A stretch of DNA of 64,000 bases from Antedon mediterranea (lineage: Eukaryota; Animalia; Echinodermata). Each line of letters starts with the position of its first letter. Position 1 is the stretch's first letter. A program made the translations under genes and the position numbers. Positions 53,089 to 64,000 of this stretch are shown piece after piece. The DNA lies in assembly GCF_964355755.1 (NCBI RefSeq), contig NC_092671.1, positions 25,432,070 to 25,496,069 on the forward strand, written 5' to 3'. Under the pieces are notes generated by a model that worked only from the letters and a program-made list of their open reading frames with translations, was not told the DNA's origin and did not search any database.

Positions 53089-56000
53089 GCTTATACAGAA
53101 ATTAAAAGATATTAGGCCTAAAAAAAATAAGAGCAATAAAAAAACTTTAAAAATAAGATAATAAAAAATGATTATAATAATAGTTTTAATAAATGACTTT
53201 AAGAGGATGATTTAGAATTAGAATAAAATGAATTGTTTATACTACTAAGTGTCTAATGTATAGAAATTTAGAAAACATCAATTTAGAGAAATATGTTATA
53301 AAATAACTTTCGCTAAGGCTCAGTTATATTTAACTTATACCTACTCACAAACGTTAAGTCATAACACTAACTTACCCGGCAAATAATAATTAGACCTAAA
53401 CGGGCCCTGTATGTTAGCCATATGTGAAGTACCTTATTGCTATCCAAATTATTTTTTCAAAAAATATAATCTTCATTCCAATATTTTGCCCACATTCTAT
53501 TAATAGCACTAACCCAAAATATGTTACTTCTCTTCCTAAACCATATGGCCCATTCTCTTCAAGCTTCTCAATTCCTTTGTAAAATTTTATTTTCGACAAA
53601 AAAAATAGTATCGGCCATAATTTCTACATCAATTCAATAATTCAACTGTCATCATTGGTCAGAATGGTCATGGTCATCACTGGTCAGAATGTGTCACATT
53701 CCATTAAGCGGCCAAATCAATCTTTACAAAACTTTTTTGCTTGTTAAATTTATGATAAAGATAAATTTCATAAATTCTTACAAATTGATTAACATATTAT
53801 TTGAGTGTGTATATTTTTGTTACCAAATTAACAACAATAGAGTTTGGCCATTATGCCAAGGGCAAATTAGAATAGATTGATTTGTAATTATAAATCTATG
53901 TCAATTTACGATACGGTTTGTGCAATTACTTTCAATCAAAGAACATTTTTAGAACTTAGAATCAGAAAAATCTCGTTTCTTGAGTAATTATTTTTCTTTT
54001 TTTTTTCATTTCAATTGGGTTTTGCTTACGTCCACCTACTGCAATCACGATTGAGTATTTAGTATCGATCCAGTACATGTTACAGATCGTTTGTGTTTTA
54101 CCATACGTGAATCTATTTTGTGAAAGACTCTTATTTCCTGTTTTCGTACTTAATGTCTATGCAGCATTACTGGGATGAAACTGGTATACAAAGTCATTGT
54201 AGGCCTACATGTTTTGAATGCAAATGTTCTATTAATCTGAAGGAAATGAAAGAAAGTTGAATACTCAGCCAGCGACGACTTTCGTGCGCTTTCAACGCAC
54301 TTTCTCAAAATATATTTATTGTTTTAATTTCAGTGTACGTGATTAATTTGTGAATGATTATGTATCATTTATTAGATGAACTTCAAAACTGGTTTCTTGT
54401 TTCTTGCCGTAGATCATAGATCGACAAACTTAAAACGCATACAAGATTGCATAGTTTTAGGACTAACTTTGTAAATTAGTTATTTTAGTCATGGATTCAT
54501 GACTAAAGTATAGGAAATATTACACTATTCAATAATTCTTCTTTATCATGTCATCATCGTTAATAATAATAATCGGCAATAAAAACATGCAGACCATAGC
54601 ATTGAAAATAATCATTCAATCTAAAGCAATATAATATATTATTAGTCAAACTTAGGCCTACCAAATGATATTAATTAGTACATTAATGCTTTAGTCATTC
54701 AATAAAAAGAAAGAACAATTCTAGTCAGTTTCTAATTATTAATTAATAATGAAGACTTGATATGTTAACATTTATGGAGCTTTTGGATCCTGAATTCAGC
54801 TCCTGTCAAAAAAGATGTTCTTTTTCTTGTTTTCTTGAATTCCTCTCCAAAAGACCTAATGTTACAAGACTTCCGAAAGAGTACCTTGTGTTCTTCATTT
54901 TGAAACGGATCAGTCTGGAGGCGTGCCCAAAAGAAATGGTATTGTTGAGTAACGTTTTACAGTAAGAAAAACAGTGAATCTTTAGCACAGATGATATTTC
55001 TGCAATAATTAATAATTATATTATTAATAATTATTGCGCACCAGACCTGCATGATAAATGTGCAGTGTTCAAATTGCTGCGGTGCGTATTCATCTGCAGT
55101 AATTCATTTACTATGCGCTTATTGGTCTACATCATATCTATTTCAGTATGGGTAGTAAAAACCACAAGACAATCACGCTATTCTGTTTATTAGGCTCAAT
55201 AGGGTCTGGTAATAAGGTAGTTATTTCAGTGTCTGGCTAAAAGAAAGCGTAACAAGAAGTATTGATCCACGGCCCTCGTTTGACAAAATGACAATGACGC
55301 GCCACGGCGGCGCTTATATATATGCATATTTTCGTTGTGTGTTGTAGAATGCAATGCATTTCTAATTGCTGCTAGGCCTTAATATATTTAGAATTTGTCT
55401 AATTTACTTTTCAATGCAGTGAAAACAAGAGCAGTATTTACACACTCAAATTAATGAGGCGTAGTCGACTGGTCGCTGACGAGCTCCTCGGGGAGAATCA
55501 GTGTGGGGTTTGTGGAACTAGATATTATCGAACCAGACCAGTCGAATGCGCCTATACAAATGCAGATCCACAGAAACTCGGCAACATATCATGACGTAGA
55601 GATTGGGTGCCGTTGAAAAATGATACGCTATATAGGGTTAATATTGATAACTAAAATGAATTTGTCAATCGTCTGCCAAAGTCATATCAGTCGCTGTGTA
55701 ATGTTTTTTAATGGTATTCTTTCCGTCAGAAAGTTACAAATATCTAATTTGTTTTATCTTTTTTTTTTACTAATTTGTAGATTTAATGATTTTTTATATT
55801 TCTATGTATTTCAACCCTGTAGATTGTTACTTGTGGTCACTGTAGGGTAAAGATAAAATACAATTTTTAAAAATTAAAGAATGACATACATAAAATGTTT
55901 TAGATGGAGAAAATTCGATGTATGTGAGATAATGTGGCTTAATTACATAGTTTTCAGACTGTTTAAATTCTGACTCATATAATCACATGAATTGTCGCAA

Positions 56001-56227
56001 CAGGATTTTGCTTTTGGCAAACACGTTCCAGATATTACCAATCATTATATAAATTAATTTGTTTAGTTAGTTTATTATGTTCAGTAAAGTAGCCGATTAT
56101 CTTCAGTAAAATATAATAACTATAACTTTACATTTGTTAGATTCATTTGTTATTTAATATTGCAGCTTTATATCAATGTAAATACATAAAATTACTTTGC
56201 AACATTCTGTTTCTTTCTGTTTTTCAG

Positions 56228-56363
56228 GTATTTAGTAAACTGATGTATTCAGGGAGTTCTGATCAGTTCGCCAAATGTTGGGTGACAGAATTTGGCGACT
56301 GTACACGTACATACATTGGTCATAAACACACTGTTAGCGCTATCAAGTTCTACGATGGTTTAT
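56228..56363 (+). CDS. WDR86: WDR86-like coding exon 2
   Basis: tttcag|VFSKLMYSGSSDQFAKCW...KFYDGL|gtaagt, 136 nt. Confidence 0.88.
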
Positions 56364-56905
56364 GTAAGTCAATATTACATTAAATAAACCTAGATATTAT
56401 AATATTATTATATCAAAAGTGCTCGGAAATTTAGCAAAATACGTGGTAAAATGCAGAGACGACAGAGGGCGTGCTATTTACTATATCGGCCCATATTGAA
56501 GATACTAATAACTCGAGATTGTATTAAGCGTTTGTGAAGTCAACAATACATCGATTTCAACAAAAAAAGAAACAAAAATGCATACAAAGCAAGTAATAAA
56601 CTTGCAAGTGATAAGTTCAGTACACTTTATTGTTAATCTTCTCTTAATCGAACCCTCAACTTTGATTATGGTTGTACAGCCATACTTTAGAAATATCGAT
56701 GTATCTGAGCATGCGTAGAATTTGTTAATACGTGTCTGGCGATCACTTTATGTATTATTTTATTCATTTACAACAAACAAACATAAACCTCTACCAACAT
56801 AATTCATTCAGAAATTATAAACGTTCATTATCTTCTACACGCATTTAATAACACGTTCAATATGTGCTAAAGTGCAATATATTTTTTTGTATGAATTTAA
56901 TATAG

Positions 56906-57009
56906 TTTACACCGGAAGTGGAGATAATCAAGCCAGGGTGTTCGATGCTAAATCAGGGACGTTAAAACGCACTTTCAAGGGTCATGAATTCGCCATCAAT
57001 GCTATAGCG
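56906..57009 (+). CDS. WDR86: WDR86-like coding exon 3
   Basis: tatag|YTGSGDNQARVFDAKSGTLKRTFKGHEFAINAIA|gtgagt, 104 nt. Confidence 0.88.
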
Positions 57010-57084
57010 GTGAGTAAATATTACTTTACAAAAGAGAACACATTTTCAACTTTAAACAATTAAAAAATATAAGGTATTATAAAA

Positions 57085-57548
57085 CACCTGATTATCCTTG
57101 TCATTTGATTGGTTAATTTCGTATCACATGATGAGAGTATAAGTTCTAATTACACGGGAATAGTGCTATTTTAATGTTTCTATTAAAAATCAATAACAAT
57201 TTTAGAATGTTATAGAACATGGTGCTGGTGACCATTGCCCATACATGCATGTGTCTGCGCGGTCCACTTCTCGGCAAAAATCGGAGATCTTCCTTTTTAT
57301 GGCCTACCTAGCCTTCGACATTTGATGCAAGATGGAATATTCGACGGATTAATTGAATACTGTAAATGTTTATATTAGAACAGCAGTTCTAATATAAAAC
57401 AAAAATTAATGTTTTGTATTTCGTTGAACATTCACTATGCATATTATTTGTTTTATAACACAATTATTTTTCCATCATACAATAAACTTAAATAACACCT
57501 GCACGTGATACGAAATTAACCAATCAAATGCCAAGGATATAATTAAGT
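57085..57548. mobile_element. MITE-like element with inverted repeats of about 45 bp
   Basis: tatccttgtcatttgattggttaatttcgtatcac versus gtgatacgaaattaaccaatcaaatgccaaggata. Confidence 0.6.
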
Positions 57549-58629
57549 GTCGGTTCAAAGCAAAATTTACATGTACCACCGTCTTATTAAGACATTAATA
57601 AAAGCAATGCTGATTCAGTATGTTAATTATTTATTCAATTAACAAAATAATTGCACTACTGTAAATTGTTCCTAGAATGTGCATGGAAACCCAGGTCTGA
57701 GATGTACATAGGCCTATATGTCTACTGTATTAGTCTATATTTACAATACCACCCATTACTACTTAAATTATGTTTTGTGGGTATTGGTTTTCTGATGCTT
57801 TTATTAGGTGATGTGACTCCGAGATCTGAGTTTTCTAGATCTGAATTTTCTAGATATCTGGTTTTATTATATTTTAATCTTTATTCTGTTATCATTATAG
57901 ATTAAATCTTTCAAATCCTGTATTTTTGTTTTCATATTATTTTAATAAAATTGATATCTTTTTTTCCCAATTCTTTTGTTAAAAACAATATTTTTATTAA
58001 TTTTTTATATTTTCATTTTTAATTTCATCGTACAGAGAAAATAAAAATAAATTATCATCGTTATCAGCAGAATCGTCATCATCATCATATTAATCGATAT
58101 CATCAATACAATATATATACAAATTATAATTATTTTGGAAATATTATAGGTGGACGCAATTCAACATTATTTTAATTGATAATTGAACTTAGCCTTTTGT
58201 CAAATTGTTTTATTTTACCTATTTTCATAATAGGAAATGCATTATTTCAAAGGGTATTTTTTCTCGTTTACGTTTGTAATATATGGCGACGCATTAATAA
58301 GCTGAGTGCACGACAAAAGCGGCAAATTATTTTCCTTGACAACCAAGTAGTCCTCTACATCTCTTTTGTACTCTATATGAATAACAGGCTCTTCATAATG
58401 AAATTTGACCTCGGCTGCAATAATAATTATAATACTTTTTATATTTGTTTTGACCATAATGCTTTTATAAATATATTCGTCGTCATATCAATTAATTTAT
58501 TAATCGATCCTCTATATTTTTATCAATCTTTTATTCAAAAATTCAGTCCATCCACCCATCAATCCTTCTATCGATAATTATGTTAATACAATATATCAAT
58601 TCATCAATCCATCCATCCATTGGTATCAA

Positions 58630-58940
58630 ATCAATCCATCGATATTATCAGTCCGTCATTAATTCCACAATCCGTCAATACATCGATATTTCAATCCATT
58701 GATATATCAATCCAACATTTAATTCAACACTCAGTCCATACATCGATATTTCAATCCATTGATATTATCAGTCCGTCATTAATTCCACACTCAGTCCATA
58801 CATACATCGATATTTCAATCCATTGATATATCAATCCACCCTTTAATTCCACGCTCAGTCCATACATCGATATTTCAATACATTGGTATATCAATCCACC
58901 CTTTAATTCAACACTCAGTCCATACATCATTGTTTCAATC
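58630..58940. repeat. Degenerate tandem repeat of about 60 bp
   Basis: catcgatatttcaatccattgatat...ttaattc..cactcagtccata, about 5 copies. Confidence 0.8.
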
Positions 58941-59186
58941 AATCTAGCGATATTTCAATCTATCCATCAATCCATTTATCCAACATTTATTCTTTATCTA
59001 TGCTTTGTGGTTTGTGTGGCTTTAAATAAATTATTTCTTAAAGGAAAATCAGTAAAGAAAAGTTATGTGTTCACGCTAAACTTACGTTATTAAGAACAAA
59101 AACTTATATTGACACTAATAAAAACATATAAAAAAATATAACCATGTATTTAAAAATTGACTGAATATATTTATTTGGTTATCCAG

Positions 59187-59711
59187 ATTATTGACAAACG
59201 TTTATATACGGCATCCCACGATGGAGAGGTTCGAATCTGGGACTGCTCTGATCTCAAGATCGAAAACCTTGGAGTAGGCGATGATGATGACGATGAAGAA
59301 AAAGAGAAGAAACGTTTAGAAAAGGAGAAAAAGAAACAAGAAAAGAAAGAAAAGAAAGCGAAAGAAAAAGAAGAGAAAAAGAAAGCAAAAGAAGAAAAGA
59401 AGAAACAACAACAACAACAAAAACAACTGGTAACTAACAATAATGAGAAAAATGAAGAAGAAAAAACAAAATCGACAGAAGAAGAAGAAAACATCGAAGA
59501 CAATAAAGAAGAAAAGGAAAGTTTACAAGAGAAAAACAATTTTGAGAAAAATGAGAAAGGTGATGATGAATCCAGTATGGCAAGTGAAAAGAAGGACAGT
59601 GTGAAAGCGGACAACGAAGATGATGATGACGTTCTTGATGAACTCGACGACTTTTCTGATGAGGAATTAGACAAAGAAGTAGAAAATATTGACAAAAATA
59701 TGCAAGATTAA
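59187..59711 (+). CDS. WDR86: WDR86-like last coding exon with long charged tail
   Basis: tccag|IIDKRLYTASHDGEVRIWD followed by a K/E/D-rich tail to TAA. The spliced product is about 545 aa. Confidence 0.88.
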   Translation: MIDKRLYTASHDGEVRIWDCSDLKIENLGVGDDDDDEEKEKKRLEKEKKKQEKKEKKAKEKEEKKKAKEEKKKQQQQQKQLVTNNNEKNEEEKTKSTEEEENIEDNKEEKESLQEKNNFEKNEKGDDESSMASEKKDSVKADNEDDDDVLDELDDFSDEELDKEVENIDKNMQD

Positions 59712-61123
59712 TAATTAACAAAGCTACGTTAAAAAGTATTTTAGACAAAAAAAATAAATTTGTGTTAGAGTTATAACATAACAGATAAATATGTACAAAT
59801 TGTAGAAATATTTGATTTTACAATTTGTTTTATCATAGATCAAATTCATACGGAGTGTTAAGCTTACGATCAAAATGCAGAACAAAATAACTTTTTATGC
59901 AACTCACAAAAGCACTAAAAGGCGTTAAAATTTAGTAATATGTAGGCCTATTTAACAGTGTTCATTTTTATTATTGCTTAAGTTGTATCTTACACCTATA
60001 ATAAACGAAGATGGTTTACAGACCACAGCTAAGATTAATTATAAAGCACACACATCTATCAGAAGTGCCAAAGGCGGTAACATTGACAACAAATACAAAA
60101 AGTATTCAACCTGCCACAATACAAAATAATAATAATACGTATGCGTCACACCGGTTTTCTGTGTGGTCATGAACAGTATGAGCACTCAAAATGGCGTGGG
60201 CCTTTTTAGTTGTCATGCACATTTGGTCGTACTTTTCAATCACACTTAAGTAAAATATTTCCTTCTTTAAAGTGGTATTCATTTAAATATGGTGAATTCT
60301 TAAAATGTGTCCCCGTCCTAAGTAATTGGTGAATAGATCAATAATATGTCTCCATGTTTGTTTAGCTAAATGTTTATGTCAATAGAGTTAAACATTACAT
60401 GGTAGGAGTATTAGGCAAATTTACCCTCTAGATATTTGTAATTTAAATTTCACGCGTTGAACACTTTCTTATTATTTTGCGGGGTGTTTTTTAAAGCAAT
60501 ATTTGGTTGATGCTAAGGAAGACGCTAATAGATTGTCTTGGCGTGCGTGTGCATAAGGCCCACCTCCGGATTTCTTGACTAATTCATTGGTTAATTTAAT
60601 ATATTTCTGTTTATGAATGTATATACTATGATGGATGGATGGATGAGGTGTAACTGTCGATCAACTATATATGTTTAAATTTAAATATTATCTGTATTTT
60701 TATAATAAATTATACAATACTTATTTCTTATTATTAGCCATTTTGTATTTTGTTTTTAGGACCAATTACGTTGTTCTTGCTTGCCGTTCTCTTCGTTGTG
60801 CAATACATAATACGAATTAATCATTATTGTCGTCAGGGAACGCTTTGTGATATTGGCTGATCGATAGTCTACAAAAGAAATAACAAACTGCATTATAATA
60901 TTAGTACATTGGTTGACCTTATAGCTATTTTTATTTTTTATTTTATTTTTTTCAATCCGTTAAAGGAACTGAATGCTTTTATTGTCCGTTCAATAATTTA
61001 GTAAATAATATTGGTTATGGTAGTGTGACAGTATAACTAAAATCTGGTATTATTATTAATAATTAGTTTTAAGATTTAATTCAATGAAATATTGTTGTTA
61101 ATAATTCTGTTTCAATTATTGCA

Positions 61124-62240
61124 TGTGTTACGTCAGGTGTACCATGCTAATGATGGACATCTGTGCGGTATTGGTTACGCTTTGACGCCACATGTGTTTC
61201 GTCAGGTGTGACATACTATGCTAATGATGGAAATCTGTGCGGTATTGGTTACGCTTTGACGCCACATGTGTTACGTCAGGTTTACCGTGCTAATGATGGA
61301 CATATGTGCGGTATTGGTTACGCTTTGACGCCACATGTGTTACGTCAGGTGTACCATGCTAATGATGGACATCTGTGTGGTATTGGTTACGCTTTGACGC
61401 CACATGTGTTACGTCAGGTGTGACATACCATGCTAATGATGGACATATGTGCGGTATTGGTTACGCTTTGACGCCACATGTGTTACGTCAGGTGTACAAT
61501 CCTAACGGTAAACATCTGTGCAGTATTGGTTACGCTTTGACGCCACATGTGTTACGTCCAGTGTACCGCGCTAACGGTAAACATCTTTGCGGTATTGGTT
61601 ACGCTTTGACGCCACATGTGTTACGTCAGGTGTACAATCCTAACGGTAAACATCTGTGCAGTATTGGTTACGCTTTGACGCCACATGTGTTACGTCAGGT
61701 GTACCGTGCTAACGGTAAACATCTTTGCGGTATTGGTTACGCTTTGACGCCACATATGTTACGTCAGGTGTACAATCCTAACGGTAAACATCTGTGCGGT
61801 ATTGGTTACGCTTTGACGCTATATGTGTTACGTCAGGTGTACAATGCTAACGGTAAACATCTGTGCAGTATTGGTTACGCTTTGACGCCAGATGTGTCGC
61901 ATTAGAACGGTAAACATCTGTGCGGTATTGGTTAAGCATGGTCTCCACTAGAACGCAACGCAACTTAACGCAGCGATGTATCGATGCAAAGTGCTGTATT
62001 GTTGTAATCACAAATGGGAACCGACGATGCAACAGTGCTGCAAACATCGCAGGTTTGATTTCACGCAGGCGGAGGCAAACACAATTAAAAGGGCATTTTG
62101 CTTACGTTACGTAGGTTGCGTTACGTTAAGTCGCTAGTGGGAACCATGCTTTAGGCTTGACGCCACATGTGTTGCGTTAGGTATAACCTATAACATGCTA
62201 ACGGAAGCCTTGGCGTGGTTACGCTTTGACGACACATGTG
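61124..62240. repeat. 69-bp tandem repeat, about 12 copies plus a degenerate tail
   Basis: tgtgttacgtcaggtgtac..gctaa..gg..acatctgtgcggtattggttacgctttgacgccaca. Confidence 0.9.
61935..62150. mobile_element. PIF/Harbinger-type MITE inserted in the 69-bp array
   Basis: TTA|AGCATGGTCTCCACTAG ... CTAGTGGGAACCATGCT|TTA. The host repeat resumes in register after the element. Confidence 0.75.
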
Positions 62241-64000
62241 TGCTAACATACCACGCACACAGTAAACCTGTCAGAAGTAGTGGGTACTCTTGACGCCACC
62301 ACCTGTGTGTGACTAAAGTTAGAAGTATTCTCATCTGTTTCCTGGTTCAATATTATCATTGGGCAATTTATAATGTGAACATTTAAATAAAGGTGGAGTT
62401 TCTGAGATATTCCGATCATGTAGACCTACACCGTACAGGAAATTCTGTAGATTATCGTGGAATTAATAATCTCTAGAATCAATATGTAAATTCATGTAGG
62501 CCTTATAAAAAATGTACACTAATTGTGCGTGCTACTGACTAGTACCGTGCTAGACATAATGTTAGTTAAAGTCGAATTTAATGATGTAACAAAACGTTAT
62601 ATAAAGTAATTAGGCGAAGATTATCAGAGAAATGAAATACAAAAATTGTATTATCCTTTTTACAAATTTAAGTCAAGATTTTATGCAATCGGCTGTTTAT
62701 AAGAGTAACCATGGTTATAAAAGGTAAACGTTAAAGGTAGTTTATCATCCTATTATTAAACTGTTTTTGTTATATTATATATATAATATGAATAACGCTT
62801 TTGTTATGTTGTGTAAATTAGCAATAAATTGCAAAAAAAAGTTAGCACTATGTTACCGGAACGTGTATTTCATGATGTAGGCCTGCACATTGATTGACAT
62901 ATAGGGCCTAACACATAAGCAGTATGTTGTTGTTCAGGGTCGCCCCACTCTCACTCCTACATTTTTAGAGTTTTAATGCAATGCACTTTATTCTATTGGA
63001 GGTTAATTTGACCAAATTAAGTCCAGTGCAATCGAGGTTCAAGACTAAAACTATCTTTTATTATTAATTAACTCGACATTTGGGAGAAGGAGAAATATTT
63101 AATTCGGTCCAGGAGGAAGAGATCATTCAATAAAATTGTATATCACTTATAAATACAGTATTTAGTTATATTATTTTTAAAATTGAAAATACAATTATAT
63201 TATTTGACGATACGGCGATAATTATAATTTTGTCTTATATCCTATATAATTATATTTATAACATATCTGTGTTATTAGATTTTATTTTACAACGACGAGA
63301 ATTTCATTAATTTTATATTATGTATGATATATTATATTTATTACGATAAGATAAAACGTTATTGTCATAACAGTATAGATACAGTTGATAAGCTTTGAAT
63401 GGTTTATGTGTCCACCAGTATGGGGCGCAATCTGAGACATGCAACAATACAGTACTGACTACATACCAAGCCCTAGCCTAGCCATAACGCGGGTTATGGT
63501 ACATGATTTGTAGTCAGTACTGTGTGTCGTTGAGGCGGCACATATATATTTAGATAATAGTCATCGCTAATTTATTTTAAAATATATTTAGTTACTACTG
63601 CGTTTTAAACAAATAATGTTCAGTATGCTTGGCTAGTGTGTGTTTCAGCGATTTGTAAACTTGATAGATAATGAAACAATGACTTCATTATATTATGATA
63701 ACATAAATCTATGCAGTAAGAGAGAGTAGACGTTTACGTGCAAATAAACGTGTTTACAATTTAAACTGTTATTCGTTGTTATTAATTTGGATGGATATTG
63801 ACGTACAGTACACTCAGAGCGGAGACATTACGGACGATATCACTACTTTTTCTCAAAGCAAAATTGAAAAAAAAAATCATTTTATTGCTGATATGTTCTT
63901 CTCGAAAACGGGCAAATTTCTACCTTTTTATATAACTCGTTACTATATAATCTTAAAATTATATAGTAATATAATCGCATAACAATTGAATTTTGTCACT

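Noticed and set aside
52620-53136. Three repetitive ORFs (WVESSSL, DDDSTHK, VGRIVVF)
   Set aside because: Products of a stop-free 21-bp minisatellite within an intron.
59171-59748. Ser/Phe-rich minus-strand ORFs
   Set aside because: Antisense shadows of the K/E-rich WDR86 tail.
61163-61905. Cys/His-containing 23-aa repeat ORFs as zinc-finger-like proteins
   Set aside because: The unit length is simply a multiple of 3, 5-bp insertions break the frame, there is no C2H2 spacing, and no splice context is evident.

Overview
AT-rich, intron-rich animal genomic DNA. It is probably an echinoderm, inferred from the neuropeptide motif and the fibropellin-like EGF exons. Three protein-coding genes can be reconstructed by hand. 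(1) A sulfakinin/CCK-type neuropeptide precursor (+, 9630-9968), with a candidate CRE/CCAAT/TATA promoter and non-coding first exon about 9 kb upstream. (2) A type-I membrane protein of about 1040 aa (-, 12727-31215): signal peptide, MAM domain, 11 Ca-binding EGF repeats, an Asp/Gly/Thr-rich stalk with 12 acidic Ser-Gly sites, a TM helix and a Pro-rich tail. Its signal and first MAM exons occur twice, as two intact in-phase cassettes. (3) A 4-exon WDR86-like WD40 gene (+, 46829-59711). The 33.2-45.6 kb interval is a nested stack of transposons. A PIF/Harbinger-type MITE contains a decayed Transib element (RAG1-core relative, absent from the ORF track) with RSS-like heptamer/23-bp/nonamer-like TIRs. 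The Transib contains a tandem Helitron, itself holding a TTAA-flanked element, and an L2/CR1-like LINE tail. The right end of the outer MITE has been amplified into a satellite of about 91 copies of 38 bp. All calls were made by eye, with no database searches.
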